From NCBI GenBank assembly GCA_043228905.1, contig JBHGNT010000012.1:8928001-8992000 (forward strand): a stretch of 64,000 nucleotides of DNA, given 5' to 3'. Position 1 is the stretch's first letter; every line of letters starts with the position of its first letter. Under the pieces are notes generated by a model. The model did no database searches and was not told where the DNA came from. It saw only the letters and a list, made by a program, of their open reading frames with translations. Source of the DNA: Azolla caroliniana (Eukaryota; Plantae; Polypodiophyta). This document shows, piece by piece, positions 60,301-64,000 of the stretch. The position numbers were made by a program, and so were the translations under genes.

Positions 60301-60847
60301 TGTAACGAAGATAACAAGCTCAAGGTCGTTGCCTCGGTGTTTTACCATTGTATATTGTGATATAGTGATAGTTTGTAGTCTGTGGGTTGCCATGGTTTTT
60401 TCCCTAGTTTGGGTTGTCCATGTTAACATCCTGTGTACTCTTCTCTCCATTGTGTCGTGCATTCATTCCCGTTTTTCTGTGTTTTGATTCTAAGCTTGGT
60501 TGTGGCCGAGCATTATTCATCGGGAGCGCGTAGTTCCTGTCACTTGGTTGGGAGAGGGTATGAGCGAGAGCAAGTTTGAGCAGGAGGAGCGAGAGCTTGA
60601 TAATTTCTGCAAAAGCAAGCGCTCTGCCTATAGGTGCTCCTTTTATGCAAGTGCCTCGATTCGTGAGACGTGCCCTTATGCCCTATATTCAAAATTTTGC
60701 CTGCCATATTTAGAAGTTAAGGGCCACGCGTCTGTGAACTGTTTGTACTTTCTTTTCTCATGTGGCGTTCCTCGTCTTTAAATAGTGGGTTTTCTTTTTT
60801 TCTTTTTCTTTTTAATAATAATATACACGTGGCCGGTAGGTGACAAA

Positions 60848-63300
60848 TTACTGTGATTGGGGCATGGTGACCCTAAAGTCTTTGGTGTCACCTACCACGG
60901 TTTGGTCCCGTCCGTGTTGTTGTTCCACGAAGGGGTTCGGTGGTGTTGGACCGTGGTACGGTTTCGGCCGAAATCCATTGACCCAATTCTGCATTGCTTC
61001 CCCGGCCAATGTGCCGAGCTGGAACGTGCCGTTATGCGTGTCGATGATCCAAAACGGTCCCGTCCATCGGAACCAAAGGTTTCCCGGCATTCTCCCGAGC
61101 CGTGTTTGAAACACTAGGACAGGTTGGTCGATTGTGAAGGATTTTGCAAGGTCACGGGTTTGTCGATCTACGAAAGCTTTCCATCTCCGTTGGCCATGTT
61201 CCAATTGGGCGAAACTGGTGATGTGCTCTTCCCCAAGTTTGAGTAGTTGTTCTAGTCGTGTTGTTCTGACTCGGATTCGTGAAATCGTTCGGTTATTTGC
61301 ACCCGAGACTTGGAATCGAGAACTCGATCGGCATTACGGTTTCCAAGCCAAACGCCATATGAAAGGGCATGGACCCGATGCTAGTCTTGAACGCAATGCG
61401 GCAATTTATCGTCCCAATTTGTTTGATGCTCATTCACGATTTTCTTGAGAATGGTTTGTAGGGTTTTATCCATGGATTCGGCCAAGCCATTGGCTTGAGG
61501 ATAGTACGGAGTGCTTTTCTTGTGTACCACTGTGTAATGAGAAGTTAAATTGCGAATAAGTTGATTGACGAAATGTCCTCCTTGATCGCTCACCAGTTTG
61601 ATTGGGCATCCAAATGACACCACAAATATTCGTACACGAATTTGGTTGTTGACGCAGTCGTGTTGTCACGGAGTGCTTTCGCTTCGACCCATTTTGTGCA
61701 ATAATCGATCACCGCAATTATATACTTGTTACTTGTACGTATTGTGGGTGGTTTGAATGACCCTACGAAATCCAATCACCATTTCTGGAAAGGTTCTAAA
61801 AGGAGGAGTTGGTGCGGCATATGGTCTTGTTCGCTCGGTTTGCCCATGCACTGATAGAGATCACATTTCTTGCAAAATTCGTGAGAGTCTTTTTTCATAG
61901 TAGGCCACCATAATCCGCTTTGCCAAATCTTCCAAGATATGGCATCACCTGCGTAGTGACCGCCGACAATGCCATAGGGCTTCGCGTAGAACTGCATCTT
62001 TCATAAATTATCGTATCGCGCATCTCCAAATGCCGTCTGAGCCTTAGTGATATAGAGTGCCGGTAAAAAGGCAAAAATTGCGGCTTTGTACCGCCAATCA
62101 GTTCTTGGCGTCTAACGTTAGATGTTTGGGTGGGATGCCAGTGCCAAGGAAATGTGTCATGTCCATAATCCAAGCGTCTTCGTGATCTGTGGGCAGGGTT
62201 GCAATCATATTCACGGCTGGTGCTTTGCCGCGATTGTTCGTCGGACATTGCGTCACGAAATGGCCTGGTTGATTACAATTGAAGCAGGTTAGAGTGGCGG
62301 AGTTGTTGGGCTCTCCTTTCTCGAATTGAGGTTGCGCTAGGTTGCGAGGTAGATCTTCTCGAGCCGGTGGGGGATAGGACTTTGGAGAGTTGTTACGAGA
62401 CTCAGCTTGAGGAGGCTGCCGATTATCATTGTGCGGACTGTCGCGACGACTATTTTCGAAGGATCATTGGTTATTCCCGAAATGCAGGATGCCGCGATGA
62501 TGAGGTGGAGGATGTTGGTCATGTCGTGGGTACCGGGTGTCGGGACAGTCCTCACAGTAATAGGGGTCCTCCTAATAATAGTGTTCATCACGGTAGAAGC
62601 GTGGCCAATAGTATGGTGGCTACCAGTGAAAGTGATCCGGTTCGGGGTGGTATCCATCGTGGTGGTGAAGCCAATCATCCTCCCAGGATCGTTCAACGTC
62701 TCTGTTCCGTAATGGGGGTCGCTCCTCCAGTTGTGAACGATCGTGGTGTGGCTCGATTTGTTGTACAAGGACCGAGTTCGTACGATTGAGCATGTTATAC
62801 TCACATTGCTCAACTGTATGCGCTCTGGAACGGCAGATGGGGCATTCTGATCAGAGAGGGCAATCGATCGCCGAGTTACCGAACTTGGTAGACGTCGTGC
62901 ATTGCAGTGCTTGCCAAAACTGGGTCTCCTCTATTGTTGGCAAGGAGATTTGGAGCGTGCCCATGGAGAAAGAATTATTGTGATGAGCCTTATCTAAAGC
63001 AATAGCACAAGCACGAGCGAACACTTGCTTGATAGTGTGTTGGGAGAAATCTATGAGGGCCAACGTCGTGCTCAGTGACTCCTGGAGTCCAGCAAGGAAT
63101 GTATCATTTAAATGGCTAGCGGACACATCATGTGCGAGTTGCCGGTAGAGGGCTTGGAAACGGATGGTAAACTGAGAAACTGTTTCATTGGGTCCCTATG
63201 CAATGGTATAGAATTGGCTTTCCCCATGGAGAGAAAAGAGCGGATGTGAGCTTCCGCGTCGGAGTGGTACGACATTGCGTTGAGATCTGAATCATTCGGC
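60848..63300 (-). pseudogene. Gypsy-3 gag-integrase fusion ORF
   Basis: CFNCNQPGHFVTQC...AVNMIATLPTDHEDAWIMDMTHFLGTGIPP reads in one frame (62295-62110), followed by GGH..CDL, DFVG, SDQGGHF, PQANGLAE, WTGPF. Confidence 0.78.
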
Positions 63301-64000
63301 AGGGCCGGGGAGGGGTTGAACTCGGCTTGAAGAGAGACTGTCGGTGGACTCGCAGGAGTGACGAGTTCGGGGTTGGTGCATGATTGTGTATCGGGGATGA
63401 TTTGTGAGTGTTGTGATTCTGGGGTTTCGGGGTTTCGGGTGATGAGTGTTGAGTGATTGTAGAGTCAGTGGTATCCCCAGCTGGCTCGGCACGGTAGGAG
63501 GAGGGCCAAGAGTGGGTAAGGTGATTGGGCGTCGTACTGGCGACTGGGGGCGTCCACCGACGTTTGTTCGTTGTGATGCACAACGTGAACCAAGCATGCC
63601 GAATTGTGTTGACTCCCTCTTCAATACGTGGTGGACACAACAAAAATACGTGTAGGATTGCTATGCAACCCGTTCGTGTAACGAACGGCCAGCATACTCA
63701 GACATAAACAAGACCTCAATACAATAATGTGGAAATTCGTAATGATCTTAACACAAAGCAGAGTATTTACCCAAATTTGTATATATATTACGATTCAAAA
63801 GAAAACATAGTACACAGCTCACGGCCGGAATTATGACAAATGTAATTATAGTTATGTATCAGAATCTGCTATCTCAGCTAACAATCTCTTTTTCCTCCCT
63901 TGTCTACGTTTTGCTCCATGTTCTTTATAGTTCTTTTCTTCTTCTTGCTCGGCGGGCTTTATTCTTCCCTCATTTTCAGCTGCATGTATTACGGCTAGCT

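Larger units (their letters stand above)
49943..60542 (+). mobile_element. Copia-5: full-length degenerate Ty1/copia element interrupted by Copia-6
   Basis: LTRs 49943-50571 and 59899-60542, TSD cttgg (49938-49942, 60543-60547), PBS tggtattagagc, PPT gaagggggag, gag-pol 50601-51973 and 57316-59888 with stops. Confidence 0.95.
47142..64000 (-). mobile_element. Gypsy-3: degenerate relative of Gypsy-1 lacking PR/RT/RH, interrupted by Copia-5
   Basis: gag ~63300-62200, integrase ~62190-60848, extra ORF remnants 49900-47142, probable 5' LTR from ~63651 to beyond the window. Confidence 0.75.

Overview
Gene-poor, nested transposon cluster from the nuclear genome of a non-flowering land plant, most likely a fern (inferred from plastid-derived chlL and fern-like matK fragments). 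No intact host gene was found. Three nests can be reconstructed from LTRs, TIRs and TSDs. (1) A degenerate Sola2-like DNA-transposon region with an FCP1/SCP-type phosphatase pseudogene contains Copia-2 (3046-~26047), which contains Gypsy-1 (7493-24869), which contains a complete TIR/TSD-bounded Sola1-like DNA transposon (9485-17415). (2) Copia-3 contains a fungal-type Gypsy-2 (33028-43224), whose LTR holds a mosaic plastid insertion (rrn23+matK+chlL). (3) Gypsy-3, with Gag fused to integrase, contains Copia-5 (49943-60542), which contains the young intact Copia-6 (51974-57310). The most notable system is the 7.9-kb Sola1-like transposon: divergent from its transposase it carries a spliced gene (5 mapped exons, 4 GT-AG introns) for a ParB-like domain fused to a prokaryote-type beta-class amino (N6A/N4C) DNA methyltransferase. 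This copy has one premature stop and one frameshift. All family and domain calls come from motifs recognised by eye; no database searches were run.
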